From positions 1,504,001-1,568,000 of the forward strand of contig OZ255721.1 of NCBI GenBank assembly GCA_965277285.1: a stretch of 64,000 nt of DNA. Direction: 5' to 3'. Source of the stretch: Abditibacteriaceae bacterium. GTDB lineage: Bacteria > Armatimonadota > Abditibacteriia > Abditibacteriales > Abditibacteriaceae. The translations under genes were made by a program, and so were the position numbers. The notes under the pieces are model-generated. The model was not told the DNA's origin, did no database searches, and worked only from the letters and a program-made list of their open reading frames with translations. Positions 20,149-30,113 of this stretch are shown here, one piece after another (position 1 is the first letter of the stretch; the number at the start of each line of letters is the position of its first letter).

Positions 20149-21510
20149 TTATCCTTCCAGCGACAGCAAAAACGGCTGTTCCAACGCCTGAGCAATCCAG
20201 CGCAGGAAACGCGCACCGTCGGCGCCATCAATTGCGCGATGATCGTAGCTCAAAGACAGCGGCATCATCAGGCGCGGTTCGAAACTGCTGCCGTTCCATA
20301 CTGGCTCCATCGTGCCGCGACTGATGCCTAAAATCGCCACTTCGGGCGTATTGACAATCGGCGCGAAGTTGGTGCCGCCGATGCCGCCCAGGTTCGTGAT
20401 CGTGAAGCAGCCGCCCTGCATTTCTTCCAGCGTCGTCTTTTTGGTGCGCGCTTTTTCGCCCAAAGTCGTCAGTTCGGCACTCAGTTGCGCAATGTTCTTC
20501 TTGTCCACATCACGAATCACCGGCACCAAAAGCCCGCGATCCGTATCGACGGCGACGCCGATGTTGACATATTTCTTCAAGACGATCTCGTTGCTCGCCA
20601 TGTCGATGCTGGCGTTGAACTGAGGAAACGCTTTCAACGCGCTCGCCACAACTTTGAGAGCAATCGCCGTGACGGTCAGTTTTCCACCAGCTTTCTCGAC
20701 TTTGGCGCCGAACTGCTTGCGCAACTTTTCCAGATCGGTGATGTCGGCGCGGTCGAACTGCGTGACGTGAGGAACTGTCGCCCAGCAACGCGCCATGTGA
20801 TCGGCTGTCGCGCGACGAATGCCGCTCATCGTTTGACGCTCGACTTCACCATACTTTGAAAAATCGGGCAATTGAATCTGCGGAATCGCCACGCCGTTGC
20901 CGTTCGATTGAGTACTCGATTGGCGTTGCAAAAAACTTTTGACATCGGCAAACGAGATGCGCCCGTGATTTCCGCTGCCCGCGACCTGCGCAATGTCAAC
21001 GCCCAACTCGCGCGCCAGACGACGCACACTTGGCGCAGCGGGAACCAGTGCGCCCGTTTTTACCGGAGTCGCAACGTTGCCGCCGCCACTGGAACCGTTG
21101 GTTGCGCCATTGCCGCCAACAGTTACGCCTTCTTCCTCTTCGATTCCAGGCGCCGTGTCTTGCGTCATGCCGTCATCTTCGCTCGACGGAGCACCACTGC
21201 CGGAACCGTTGGTGTTCCCATTTTGCATTTTATCTTCGGTCGGCGGCGTTTCATCCGTTGTGCTTTGGGTTCCAGTACTCGATTCGCCACTGGCGGCTGC
21301 CATCGTGAAAATCGTGGCGCCTTCTTCCAATTTCTGACCGGCCTTGACGTGGATTTCCTGCACCACGCCCGCGACATCGGACGGCACTTCGACGACAGCT
21401 TTGTCGGTTTCCAATTCCAAAACCGGCTGCTCTTCTTCAATCGTATCGCCGACTGAAACCAGAATTTTGGCCAGCGTTCCGGCCTGAACTAACTTGAATT
21501 CGGTTGCCAT
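20149..21510 (-). CDS. aceF: Pyruvate dehydrogenase E2, dihydrolipoamide acetyltransferase
   Basis: Lipoyl motif LETDKA, E3-binding AAPSVRRLARELGV, catalytic YDHRAIDG. Confidence 0.95.
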   Translation of the reverse strand: MATEFKLVQAGTLAKILVSVGDTIEEEQPVLELETDKAVVEVPSDVAGVVQEIHVKAGQKLEEGATIFTMAAASGESSTGTQSTTDETPPTEDKMQNGNTNGSGSGAPSSEDDGMTQDTAPGIEEEEGVTVGGNGATNGSSGGGNVATPVKTGALVPAAPSVRRLARELGVDIAQVAGSGNHGRISFADVKSFLQRQSSTQSNGNGVAIPQIQLPDFSKYGEVERQTMSGIRRATADHMARCWATVPHVTQFDRADITDLEKLRKQFGAKVEKAGGKLTVTAIALKVVASALKAFPQFNASIDMASNEIVLKKYVNIGVAVDTDRGLLVPVIRDVDKKNIAQLSAELTTLGEKARTKKTTLEEMQGGCFTITNLGGIGGTNFAPIVNTPEVAILGISRGTMEPVWNGSSFEPRLMMPLSLSYDHRAIDGADGARFLRWIAQALEQPFLLSLEG

Positions 21511-21542
21511 AGCTTCCTCGTAATTTCAAAAACTACAATCTT

Positions 21543-22190
21543 TCATTCGACTGTGAGCGTGATCTCTTTCGCGTAAACAATCGAAGGTTTTTCATCTTCT
21601 GGAATCGGGTCACGTTCAGTTCTGGCTTTGCGCCATCCGCGCGCCAAATTCACTCTTTTGCTCACGACAATCGTGTAATATCCTGGCAATGTCATGTCGT
21701 AATAACGATTGATTGGGATATTGTCAATGATTTCGGTTCCTGTTTTGAACGTGTAATAATCATGGGAAACTTCACCCATTCGAGCATAAAGCCCAAGCTC
21801 TTTTTGTCCGTAAAGTGTGAGCGGCGCAAGATTTCCCTGAGGTGTTGTCACCGAGAAATCGTAGGTTCGCGCCGGGTTGTATTGATAACCTTTTTCAGCC
21901 ACCGCATTGGCGCCTGTGTTCATAAAAGCCACGCGCACGTTGATCACTTCGGACGGTTTATAAGACTTTTCCGCACTCGCGCCCAATAAGTAGCCGTTAA
22001 CAGCTTTAGAAACATCAGGCCTGCGCAACATCGCATTCTGTTGCGCAGCGTTCAGTAAATACTTTCCCAGCGGCCTCGAGTACTCGATATTGCGAGCCGC
22101 CGTACTTAGCACCGCTTCACTGCGCGCGACGCACGTATTCACGTTGATAAGTGCAACTGCGATGAGCCAACGCCGAAGGTCACGTTTCAT
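21543..22190 (-). CDS. Secreted hypothetical protein inside the PDH operon
   Basis: 215-aa ORF with a signal-peptide-like N-terminus and an Ig-like YYDMTLPGYYTIVV segment. Confidence 0.65.
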   Translation of the reverse strand: MKRDLRRWLIAVALINVNTCVARSEAVLSTAARNIEYSRPLGKYLLNAAQQNAMLRRPDVSKAVNGYLLGASAEKSYKPSEVINVRVAFMNTGANAVAEKGYQYNPARTYDFSVTTPQGNLAPLTLYGQKELGLYARMGEVSHDYYTFKTGTEIIDNIPINRYYDMTLPGYYTIVVSKRVNLARGWRKARTERDPIPEDEKPSIVYAKEITLTVE

Positions 22191-22238
22191 AATGTTCCAA
22201 GCGGCAATGCAATTCTTGAACTTACTCCGTTTCGTTTG

Positions 22239-22317
22239 AACTAACCGCGCGCGGAAGCAAGCGGGCTAATTACTGAGACTTCACACATAGCCCGCTTGCT
22301 TCCGCGCGCGGTTAGTT
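22239..22317. repeat. Intergenic REP-like inverted repeat
   Basis: AACTAACCGCGCGCGGAAGCAAGCGGGCTA ... TAGCCCGCTTGCTTCCGCGCGCGGTTAGTT. Confidence 0.8.
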
Positions 22318-22338
22318 GTCGCTTATCGAGTACTCGAT

Positions 22339-25236
22339 TTACACTAACATTGGGTTCAACTTGTCCGCGTTGATGCCCAAATCCGTCATCGCTTTTTGCA
22401 CGACTTCGATTTTGATTTGCTTGTCGTTCGCCAAAGCCGTCAGCGTCGCCAGAACGATGTAGCGATGATCGACCTCGAAGAAATCGCGCAACGCTTGGCG
22501 CAAATCGCTGCGGCCAAAACCGTCGGTTCCCAGGCTCGTCAAACGGCGCGGCACCCATTTGGAAATCGTGTCTGGCAGCGCCTTGACGTAATCGCTGGCC
22601 GCCACGAAAACGCCGTCTTCGTTTTGCAAACACTGCGTGACGTAAGGAACCTGCTGTTCTCCGCCCGGGTTGAGCAGGTTGTGGCGCTCGACGCCCAAAC
22701 CATCGCGGCACAGTTCCTTATAGGAAGTCACGCTCCACACATCAGCGCTCACGTCGTATTGCTCTTCGAGTACTCGTTGCGCTTTCAAAACCTCGTTCAA
22801 AATTGCGCCACTGCCCAGCAATTGCGCGCGTAGCTTGCTCGATTTCTCGCTTGGACGGAACTTGTACAAGCCCTTCAAAATGCCTTCTTTGACGCCTTCA
22901 TGTTGTGGCATGGCGGGCATGATGTAGTTTTCGTTCATCAACGTGATGTAGTAAAAGACGCTTTCGCCTTCCTCGTACATGCGCCGAATGCCTTCGCGGA
23001 TAATCACAGCGAGTTCAAAAGCGAACGCCGGATCGTATTGCACGCAATTAGGAACCGGATACAACAGCAAATGACTGTGACCATCTTCGTGCTGTAAACC
23101 CTCGCCGTTCAATGTCGTGCGTCCGGCGGTTGCGCCCAGCAAAAAGCCGCGCACGCGCTGATCGGCGGCCAGCCAAATCAGGTCGCCGACGCGTTGCGGG
23201 CCGAACATCGAATAGTAAATGTAAAACGGAATCGTGTTGATGCCGAAGGTCGAATAGGCTGAACCTGCCGCGACAAATGAGGCCATCGCGCCCGCTTCGT
23301 TGATGCCTTCTTCCAAAATCTGGCCTTGCTTCGATTCCTTGTAATACGCGATTTCCTTGCGATCAACCGGTTCGTAAAGCTGCCCGACGCTGGAATAAAT
23401 GCCCGCGCTACGGAACAAGCCGTCCATGCCGAAAGTGCGCGCCTCGTCGGGAATGATAGGAACAATCAATTTGCCGAACGTTTTGTCTCGTAACATCGCG
23501 GCGAGAATTTGCACAAACGCGAGCGTCGTTGAAGGCGCTTTTTCAGCGTCTCCGCGCTCGCCATAAAATTCAGCGAACAACGATTCATCCGGCGTTTTGA
23601 CGCGATCTTCTGTAACTGTGCGAGTGGGAACATAACCGCCCAGAACTTCGCGGCGCTCGTGCAAATACTTCATTTCCGGTGAATCATCCGCCGGACGGAA
23701 GAATGGAGTACTCGATATTTCCTCTTCTGTCAGCGGAATCTCAAAGCGCGTGCGGAATTGGAGCAGCATTTCTTCGCCCAGCTTTTTCGTCTGGTGCGCC
23801 GGATTGCGCCCTTCGGCTTCTTCGCCCAGACCGTAGCCTTTGACGGTTTTCGCCAGAATCACGGTCGGCTGGCCTTTGTGCTCGATCGCCGCTTTGTAAG
23901 CCGCGTAAACCTTTTCGGGATCGTGGCCACCGCGCCGCATTTTGCGAATATCTTCGTCGCTCAAATCTTTCGCCAATTCCTGCAAGCCTGGCGAATTGAA
24001 AAAATGCTCGCGCGCATAAGCGCCGGTTTCGACCGTGTACTTCTGATATTGTCCGTCCACGACTTCGCCCATGCGACGCACCAGTTCGCCCTTTTCGTCG
24101 CGTTCCAGCAGTTCATCCCAATCGCCGCCCCACACCACTTTGATGACGTTCCAGCCCGCGCCGCGAAAAATGCCTTCCAATTCCTGAATAATTTTTCCAT
24201 TGCCGCGCACTGGTCCATCCAGGCGCTGCAAGTTGCAGTTGATAACCCAGATCAGGTTGTCCAGTTTTTCGCGCGCCGCCAGAGTAATCGCGCCCAAGGT
24301 TTCTGGTTCGTCGGTTTCGCCATCGCCGATGAACGCCCAAACGTGCGAATCTTCCGGCTGCTTCAAGCCGCGATTTTCTAAGTAACGCGAAAAACGCGCC
24401 TGATAAATCGAGCAAATCGGGCCAAGTCCCATCGAAACCGTCGGGAATTGCCAGAAATTCGGCATCAGCCAGGGATGTGGATAAGAACTCAAGCCACCGC
24501 CGGGCGACAATTCGCGGCGAAAGTTGGTCAATTGTTCTTCGCTCAGGCGACCTTCGAGAAAAGCGCGCGCATAAACGCCGGGCGACGCATGACCTTGAAA
24601 ATAAACCTGATCGCCCGATTGCGTGGCGTTTTTCGCTTTGAAGAAATGGTTGAAACCGATTTCAAAAAGCGTTGCAGCCGACGCGTAAGTGGAAAGATGT
24701 CCGCCGACTGGACCACCTGTTAGATCTTTTTCGCGGTTGGCGCGCACCACCATCGCCAGCGCGTTGTAGCGAACCAGGCTTTTGATGCGACGTTCCACCG
24801 CGCGGTCGCCAGGAAACTTCGGCTGGTCGTTGCGGTGAATGGTGTTGATATAAGGCGTCGTAGCGGCGAAAGGAATCTGCACGCCCAAACGCGTGGCGTG
24901 GATTTCCAATTCGTTCAGGATTTGTTGAACGCGCTTGGCGCCGCCGCTTTCCAAAACGAAATCGAGCGAATCGAGCCATTCCTGGGTTTCGATTCGCTCG
25001 TCTTCGCTTTCTTTCGAGTACTCGATTTCGGACGCGACCGCTGCGCCATCAATCGCCGCCGCATTGACAGCCGCCGCGTTCGCCGCCATTTTTTCGGGCG
25101 CGATGTGCGACGATGTGCCATTTGAAGCTGTGCCGTTGGAGGTTGCGCCGTTTGACGAACCATTGGCGGCGCCATTGGATGTGCCGTTGTTTTTGACGGC
25201 GGATTCGCTCTGCATACCAGCTTGAGATTCGCTCAT
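22339..25236 (-). CDS. aceE: Pyruvate dehydrogenase E1, homodimeric type
   Basis: YFQGHASPG, FPTVSMGLGP, GDGETDEPE, NCNLQRLDGPV, GEGLQHEDGH. Confidence 0.97.
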   Translation of the reverse strand: MSESQAGMQSESAVKNNGTSNGAANGSSNGATSNGTASNGTSSHIAPEKMAANAAAVNAAAIDGAAVASEIEYSKESEDERIETQEWLDSLDFVLESGGAKRVQQILNELEIHATRLGVQIPFAATTPYINTIHRNDQPKFPGDRAVERRIKSLVRYNALAMVVRANREKDLTGGPVGGHLSTYASAATLFEIGFNHFFKAKNATQSGDQVYFQGHASPGVYARAFLEGRLSEEQLTNFRRELSPGGGLSSYPHPWLMPNFWQFPTVSMGLGPICSIYQARFSRYLENRGLKQPEDSHVWAFIGDGETDEPETLGAITLAAREKLDNLIWVINCNLQRLDGPVRGNGKIIQELEGIFRGAGWNVIKVVWGGDWDELLERDEKGELVRRMGEVVDGQYQKYTVETGAYAREHFFNSPGLQELAKDLSDEDIRKMRRGGHDPEKVYAAYKAAIEHKGQPTVILAKTVKGYGLGEEAEGRNPAHQTKKLGEEMLLQFRTRFEIPLTEEEISSTPFFRPADDSPEMKYLHERREVLGGYVPTRTVTEDRVKTPDESLFAEFYGERGDAEKAPSTTLAFVQILAAMLRDKTFGKLIVPIIPDEARTFGMDGLFRSAGIYSSVGQLYEPVDRKEIAYYKESKQGQILEEGINEAGAMASFVAAGSAYSTFGINTIPFYIYYSMFGPQRVGDLIWLAADQRVRGFLLGATAGRTTLNGEGLQHEDGHSHLLLYPVPNCVQYDPAFAFELAVIIREGIRRMYEEGESVFYYITLMNENYIMPAMPQHEGVKEGILKGLYKFRPSEKSSKLRAQLLGSGAILNEVLKAQRVLEEQYDVSADVWSVTSYKELCRDGLGVERHNLLNPGGEQQVPYVTQCLQNEDGVFVAASDYVKALPDTISKWVPRRLTSLGTDGFGRSDLRQALRDFFEVDHRYIVLATLTALANDKQIKIEVVQKAMTDLGINADKLNPMLV

Positions 25237-25752
25237 GGATGATGTCCTTCAGGCCGAGTGAAAAGTGTTGAGTTTCAACTCATTGAGTTTCAACCTTCGG
25301 CGAAGCATTGGAAAGTTTACGTTGTTAGGGATTTTTCTGCTGTGCGCTGCACGACTTCATAAACGTACGCCTTCGCGCAGGACGTCGTACGTTTTCTCGA
25401 TCACTCACTCTAATATAACGCGTCGGGGCGCGCGTTTCCACGATGATTCCAGACGCGTCGCGCGCCCGTCTTCGTCCTCATTTGCCAATTCCTGTGCGAG
25501 ATCGTCTTATCCTGTTGTTAATTACGCGTATCGAGTACTCGATTGCCGGTTTATACGTTGTAGCGCGACATTTTGAACGCGTTTCTTCGTTAGGTTTAGG
25601 CTTCCCGTTCGCACATTTTTGAGCGTGGCACTTCTTTGTTAAACCAAAGATAACACGCGCCAATGATATACTGCGAGCACCGCCATTTTATTTATTCATA
25701 ATCGCTTAGCGTCGCACCCTTTATGCGACCGCCAGCGAGACAGGAGAGAAGT

Positions 25753-26742
25753 ATGAGCCAGATGGTTCAAGATTCGGAAGTGTCCAGTGTTCGCGCGCCG
25801 CGCGCGGCAGGCGACATCATTTTGCAAACGCGCGAACTGAGCAAAACGTATCGCCCAATGTTCGCGCGCAGCGGCAAAGTCGCGCTGGAAAACCTGACCA
25901 TTGACGTGCGTCAGGGCGAGATTTTCGGGCTGGTCGGCCCCAACGGAAGCGGCAAAACCACGACTTTGAAATTGTTGTTGGGTTTGCTCAAAGCGACCAG
26001 CGGCACGGTCGAAATCTTCGGTCGCGGGCCGCATGACGTGGCCGTCAAAAAGCGCATCGGTTTTTTGCCGGACGGCCCGTATTTTTACGATTACCTCAAT
26101 TCGTATGAAGTACTCGATTTTTACGGCAAGTTGTTTGGCTTCGACAAAGCGCATCGCGGCTCACGCAACGAAGAACTGCTCGACATGGTCGGTCTCAATC
26201 CCGCGGACCGCAAGCGCCCAATTCGCACTTATTCCAAAGGCATGATGCAGCGCGTCGGTTTGGCGCAAGCGCTGATCAACGACCCCGAGTTTTTGTTCTT
26301 GGATGAACCAACAACGGGTCTCGATCCAATCGGCGCGCGCCAGATGAAAGACGCCATTATCAACGTGCGCAATCAGGGTAAAACCGTGTTGTTGTGCTCG
26401 CACTTGCTGGCCGACGTGCAAGCGATCTGCGACCGCGTGGCGATTGTTTCCGAAGGCAAACTGGTCAAGTTGGGAACTGTTCCCGAACTGGTCGGCCCCA
26501 GCCAGAGTTTTCAGGTTTACGTTTCGGGCCTGGACGCCGACGCATTGAAAGAAGCGCGCGCGCAAGGCATCAGCGTGCAGGAAAACGAAGGCCATATCAT
26601 GTTGGGCGCCGACAGTTCGGACGGTTTGGATCGCATTTTCAGTTTTGTGCGCAGCAAAGGCGGGCGCACGCTGGACGTGAAAGGCCACAGCGAAACCCTC
26701 GAAGATGTCTTCGTGCGCAGCGTGCGCAGCGATGGACGTTAA
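25753..26742 (+). CDS. ABC transporter ATP-binding protein
   Basis: GPNGSGKTT, YSKGMMQR, FLDEPTTGLD, CSH; AGGAGA RBS. Confidence 0.95.
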   Translation: MSQMVQDSEVSSVRAPRAAGDIILQTRELSKTYRPMFARSGKVALENLTIDVRQGEIFGLVGPNGSGKTTTLKLLLGLLKATSGTVEIFGRGPHDVAVKKRIGFLPDGPYFYDYLNSYEVLDFYGKLFGFDKAHRGSRNEELLDMVGLNPADRKRPIRTYSKGMMQRVGLAQALINDPEFLFLDEPTTGLDPIGARQMKDAIINVRNQGKTVLLCSHLLADVQAICDRVAIVSEGKLVKLGTVPELVGPSQSFQVYVSGLDADALKEARAQGISVQENEGHIMLGADSSDGLDRIFSFVRSKGGRTLDVKGHSETLEDVFVRSVRSDGR

Positions 26743-26750
26743 ACGCAAAT

Positions 26751-26857
26751 GATGAATACGGAATATCGAGTACTCGAAGTTGAGGCTGTGTCGTTCGAGT
26801 TCGCTGTTTCCTTCCGCATTCCGTATTCCGTATTCCGTATTCCGTATTCCGTATTCA
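26751..26857. repeat. Heptamer (TATTCCG)n array with an inverted GAATACGGAATA arm and the iterated palindrome
   Basis: About 6 ATTCCGT-like units at 26812-26856, a complementary arm at 26754-26765, palindrome at 26766. Confidence 0.85.
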
Positions 26858-26879
26858 ATTTCTGGAGCCATAAAAAAGT

Positions 26880-27977
26880 ATGAGTGCAACACCTAATGTT
26901 ATGAGCCGCAACACACCGGCGGCTTCTCCGCGAGATGAAAGCATCGTGATTCCAACGCGTTGGCGCATCGGCCAAATCGTCGTCATCGCGCTGATTGCTC
27001 TGGTCGCGCTTTATTACGGCACGATTGGCTGGCAGAGTTCGGTTCCTACGAAAAGTGCCGCTGATTCGCGGCCTGCCTTCGATTTTGTCGGTTTCGCAAT
27101 TCTGGCGGCGGTGGCCTGGATGACGACGCCAACTGTCGGCGTCATTGCAATGGCGACGTTCCGTGAAGCCTTGCGCCGCCGCTGGATGACGGTTTTGCTG
27201 GTCTTTGGCATCGTCATGGTCGGGCTTTCGGTGTTTTTCACCAGCCTGTCGCCGGGCACCGAAGGGCAATTTATCCGCGACTTTGGCACCGGCTTCATCA
27301 TCATTATGACGACGCTGATGGCGATTTTCTTGGGCGTGTCGCTGGTGCCGCCCGACATCGAGCGCCGCACGATTTTCACAATTTTGTCGAAACCGGTCAA
27401 TCGCGCCGAATTTCTGTTGGGCAAATATCTTGGCTTGTGCTTGACGCTGTTGGTCAATTTGGCTTTGCTGAGCGTTATTTTCCTGATCGCTTACACGTTG
27501 TTTGAACTCAGGCACCGAGGTTACGCAATCGCGATGACGCCGATTCAAAATGGCGATCAAGGTTTGGCTTTCAACCTGGTCAACCTGAGCAAGGCGATGG
27601 CGCTGCAATATGGACAGCTCATCATTCTGGCGTCGCTTTCGATGCTGTTATCGCTGGTTGTCTCAAACATGACGGCGATTGTGTTTTGCTTCGTGGTTTA
27701 TTTCGGCGGCCAAATGAGCGCTTATTGGGAGCATTTGGGCGAACACGCCGGACGCCGCGCTGACCCCAATGGCCAGATGTCGCCAATGATGCAGAACTTG
27801 GTCAAGATGGTTTATTTTGTGCTGCCGCGCCTGGATCGCTTCGATGTGCGCTCGCGCTTGATCGGTCAATTGCCGGTCGAGTTCAACTATATGTGGAAAT
27901 CGTTCGGCTCGGGCATCGTTTATTCGGCGGTGCTGCTCATCGTTTCCTACCTGATTTTCAGCGAGCGCGAATTTTAA
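26880..27977 (+). CDS. ABC-2 type permease
   Basis: ATFREALRRR, DIERRTIFTILSKPVNRAEFLLGKYLG, multiple TM helices. Confidence 0.92.
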   Translation: MSATPNVMSRNTPAASPRDESIVIPTRWRIGQIVVIALIALVALYYGTIGWQSSVPTKSAADSRPAFDFVGFAILAAVAWMTTPTVGVIAMATFREALRRRWMTVLLVFGIVMVGLSVFFTSLSPGTEGQFIRDFGTGFIIIMTTLMAIFLGVSLVPPDIERRTIFTILSKPVNRAEFLLGKYLGLCLTLLVNLALLSVIFLIAYTLFELRHRGYAIAMTPIQNGDQGLAFNLVNLSKAMALQYGQLIILASLSMLLSLVVSNMTAIVFCFVVYFGGQMSAYWEHLGEHAGRRADPNGQMSPMMQNLVKMVYFVLPRLDRFDVRSRLIGQLPVEFNYMWKSFGSGIVYSAVLLIVSYLIFSEREF

Positions 27978-28006
27978 GCGCGCTTTTCCCGCAAGGAGTA
28001 CTCGAT

Positions 28007-29578
28007 ATGGACGGAAAAAAGTGGGGGAGCGCGTCGCTACTGGCGGTTTTTCTCCTGATTTGTTACAACGGTGCGCAACCTGGGCTGTATGCGATGCGCA
28101 CCAACCCTGAAATTATCCCGGGCACCAAAGCGAAAACTGCGGCTTATGGCCCGTCGATGGCGTGGCTCGACCGCGTGATGAACGGCGGCTCCGGCAGTGC
28201 GACGCACCGCAGCGAGACGAAGCTCGATTTGAAGATTTTGTCGTCGATGATGGTCGCCGGCATGGCCTCGGGTTTTCGCAGCCAAGTCGCCAACTTGTTG
28301 TGGATGCAATACGACGAGTACTCGGATAAAGGCGAATCGCAGCGCGTCATTCCGATTATGGAAGCCGTCGTGACTCTTGATCCTCAGTTTATTGACGCCT
28401 GGAGCACGACAGGCTGGCACTGGGCTTACAACTTGTATGCGGATGCGGCGGATCCTACGGTTCATCCTGAAATGGCCAACGATCCTAAGAAAGTCCGCGC
28501 TCAACAAGACAAGTGCCTGGATATCGGCTTGGAATATCTGGCGCGTGGCGCGGCGGCTAATCCCGATACGTATCGCTTGTGGTTTGAAAACGGCTACACA
28601 CGCGCTTACAAAGCTGGTATCGACGACGAAGAAACCGTGCGCTTGATGCGCATCGGGCGCGAACAAGCGGATGCGCGCGTAGTTCAATTGGAAAATAACA
28701 AGACAGGACGCAGCATCGATACCATCGGCCACATGATCGGGCACGTTTACGAAGATCGTCCCGATTTCACCAAAGCATTGCAAGCGTGGCAGGACACGCT
28801 GCTGGTGGATGACACCAGCAAAATGCCCGTAGATCAGCAAATTCATCCGTCCGATATTCCAATGCTTTATGCGGCGGGAGAATACTGGGGACGCTATGGC
28901 ACGCACTATGACGAGATCGTGAAATTTTATAATTCATCCGATCCCGCCGTCAAAGCGCAAATCAAAAAGTTAATCCCCGATGTCGAGCGAATGTGCGCGG
29001 CGCACGCGGTTCGTATGCGCACTTCGGCCACCCAGCCAACACCGACCGGCGCTTACATTTCGTTGGTGGCGCGCTACCTGCCAGCCTGGAAGTTGTATCA
29101 GGCCGGCAAGACCGAAGAAGCTCTGACTACCATGTTGGGTGTGATGAACGTTGGTATGAATCCGGTGGGAGTCAAGTATCACCTGCAAGGTTTGCCAATT
29201 TTGGCGCAAGTTTTAGCGATGCGCGGTGACAGTCCGGCGAATATTCAAAAGATGGTGGCCGATTCGATTATGACGGAGCAACTAACTACGCAGGAAATTG
29301 GCTTGCATTTCTTGGCGGTGCTCTACGAAAAAGCCGCCACTGAAACCACAGGCGAGAAATCGAAAGGTTATTACCGCCTGGCGTATGAAACATGGTATCG
29401 TGCACGCGCCCGCAACGCTCTCGATTTTTACGCCAAAACCAACACTTACCGGCTGGAAGACAAGTTCGGATTCCAGGCGCCACAAGAAATCATCGCCAAT
29501 ATCAAGAAGTCGCGCGAGCATGGTCTGCCGCAAAGCAATGCTGTGGCGCCGCCGCCGTCTCTGGTCGCGCCGCAGTAA
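28007..29578 (+). CDS. ABC transporter-associated TPR-like protein
   Basis: ANLLWMQ..., VTLDPQFIDAW...GWHWAYN, helical repeats; AAGGAG RBS. Confidence 0.7.
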   Translation: MDGKKWGSASLLAVFLLICYNGAQPGLYAMRTNPEIIPGTKAKTAAYGPSMAWLDRVMNGGSGSATHRSETKLDLKILSSMMVAGMASGFRSQVANLLWMQYDEYSDKGESQRVIPIMEAVVTLDPQFIDAWSTTGWHWAYNLYADAADPTVHPEMANDPKKVRAQQDKCLDIGLEYLARGAAANPDTYRLWFENGYTRAYKAGIDDEETVRLMRIGREQADARVVQLENNKTGRSIDTIGHMIGHVYEDRPDFTKALQAWQDTLLVDDTSKMPVDQQIHPSDIPMLYAAGEYWGRYGTHYDEIVKFYNSSDPAVKAQIKKLIPDVERMCAAHAVRMRTSATQPTPTGAYISLVARYLPAWKLYQAGKTEEALTTMLGVMNVGMNPVGVKYHLQGLPILAQVLAMRGDSPANIQKMVADSIMTEQLTTQEIGLHFLAVLYEKAATETTGEKSKGYYRLAYETWYRARARNALDFYAKTNTYRLEDKFGFQAPQEIIANIKKSREHGLPQSNAVAPPPSLVAPQ

Positions 29579-29745
29579 GAAAACAACAAACCTCGCACTT
29601 TTCGCGCGCAACAGAGGAAGTCCGTTGAAGGCTGCGTTGCGCGCGAAAACAAGGTCTGGCAGGAAATGAGAAGCGGGATGAAGTTGCAAGGTTTTTCGCC
29701 GTTCTGCTACACTGGGCGGGTCTGCATGGGAGAAAGGAAAAAGTC

Positions 29746-29979
29746 ATGGCAAATCGTTGTGCATTAACGGGCAAAGGCCCTTTGACAGGAAATTTGGTTT
29801 CGCATTCGCAGCGCCACACCAAGCGCCGCCAAATGCCGAACCTGCAAACCAAGCGCGTCTGGGTGCCCGAAGAAAATCGTTTCATCAAAATGAAGATCTC
29901 GGCGCGCGCCATCAAAGCCATCACGCGCAACGGCGCTTCGGCCACCATCGCCAAAGCCCGTAAGAAAATGGCGGCGTGA
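29746..29979 (+). CDS. rpmB: 50S ribosomal protein L28
   Basis: MANRCALTGKGPLTGNLVSHSQRHTKRRQMPNLQ. Confidence 0.97.
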   Translation: MANRCALTGKGPLTGNLVSHSQRHTKRRQMPNLQTKRVWVPEENRFIKMKISARAIKAITRNGASATIAKARKKMAA

Positions 29980-30008
29980 CGTTCTCAACACCACATCGAG
30001 TACTCGAT
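29946..30008 (+). repeat. attL-like copy of a 63-bp direct repeat (rpmB 3' end through the palindrome)
   Basis: Identical to 34950-35012 except T29961/C34965, a synonymous Arg CGT/CGC change. Confidence 0.92.
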
Positions 30009-30009
30009 A

Positions 30010-30055
30010 AACCAGCAAAAGGCCGGAGCGATAATGCTCCGGCCTTTTGCTGGTT
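30010..30055. terminator. Bidirectional intrinsic terminator
   Basis: AACCAGCAAAAGGCCGGAGC ... GCTCCGGCCTTTTGCTGGTT. Confidence 0.85.
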
Positions 30056-30113
30056 CAAATGAAGAATTTAAGACAGCGACAAGGTTGCAGTCACTTTACC
30101 CGCGAATCCCGCT

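Noticed and set aside
25256..25293. TGAGTTTCAACTCATTGAGTTTTCAAC dyads upstream of aceE
   Set aside because: Could be an operator but matches no consensus I can name, and the spacing does not fit HAIR.
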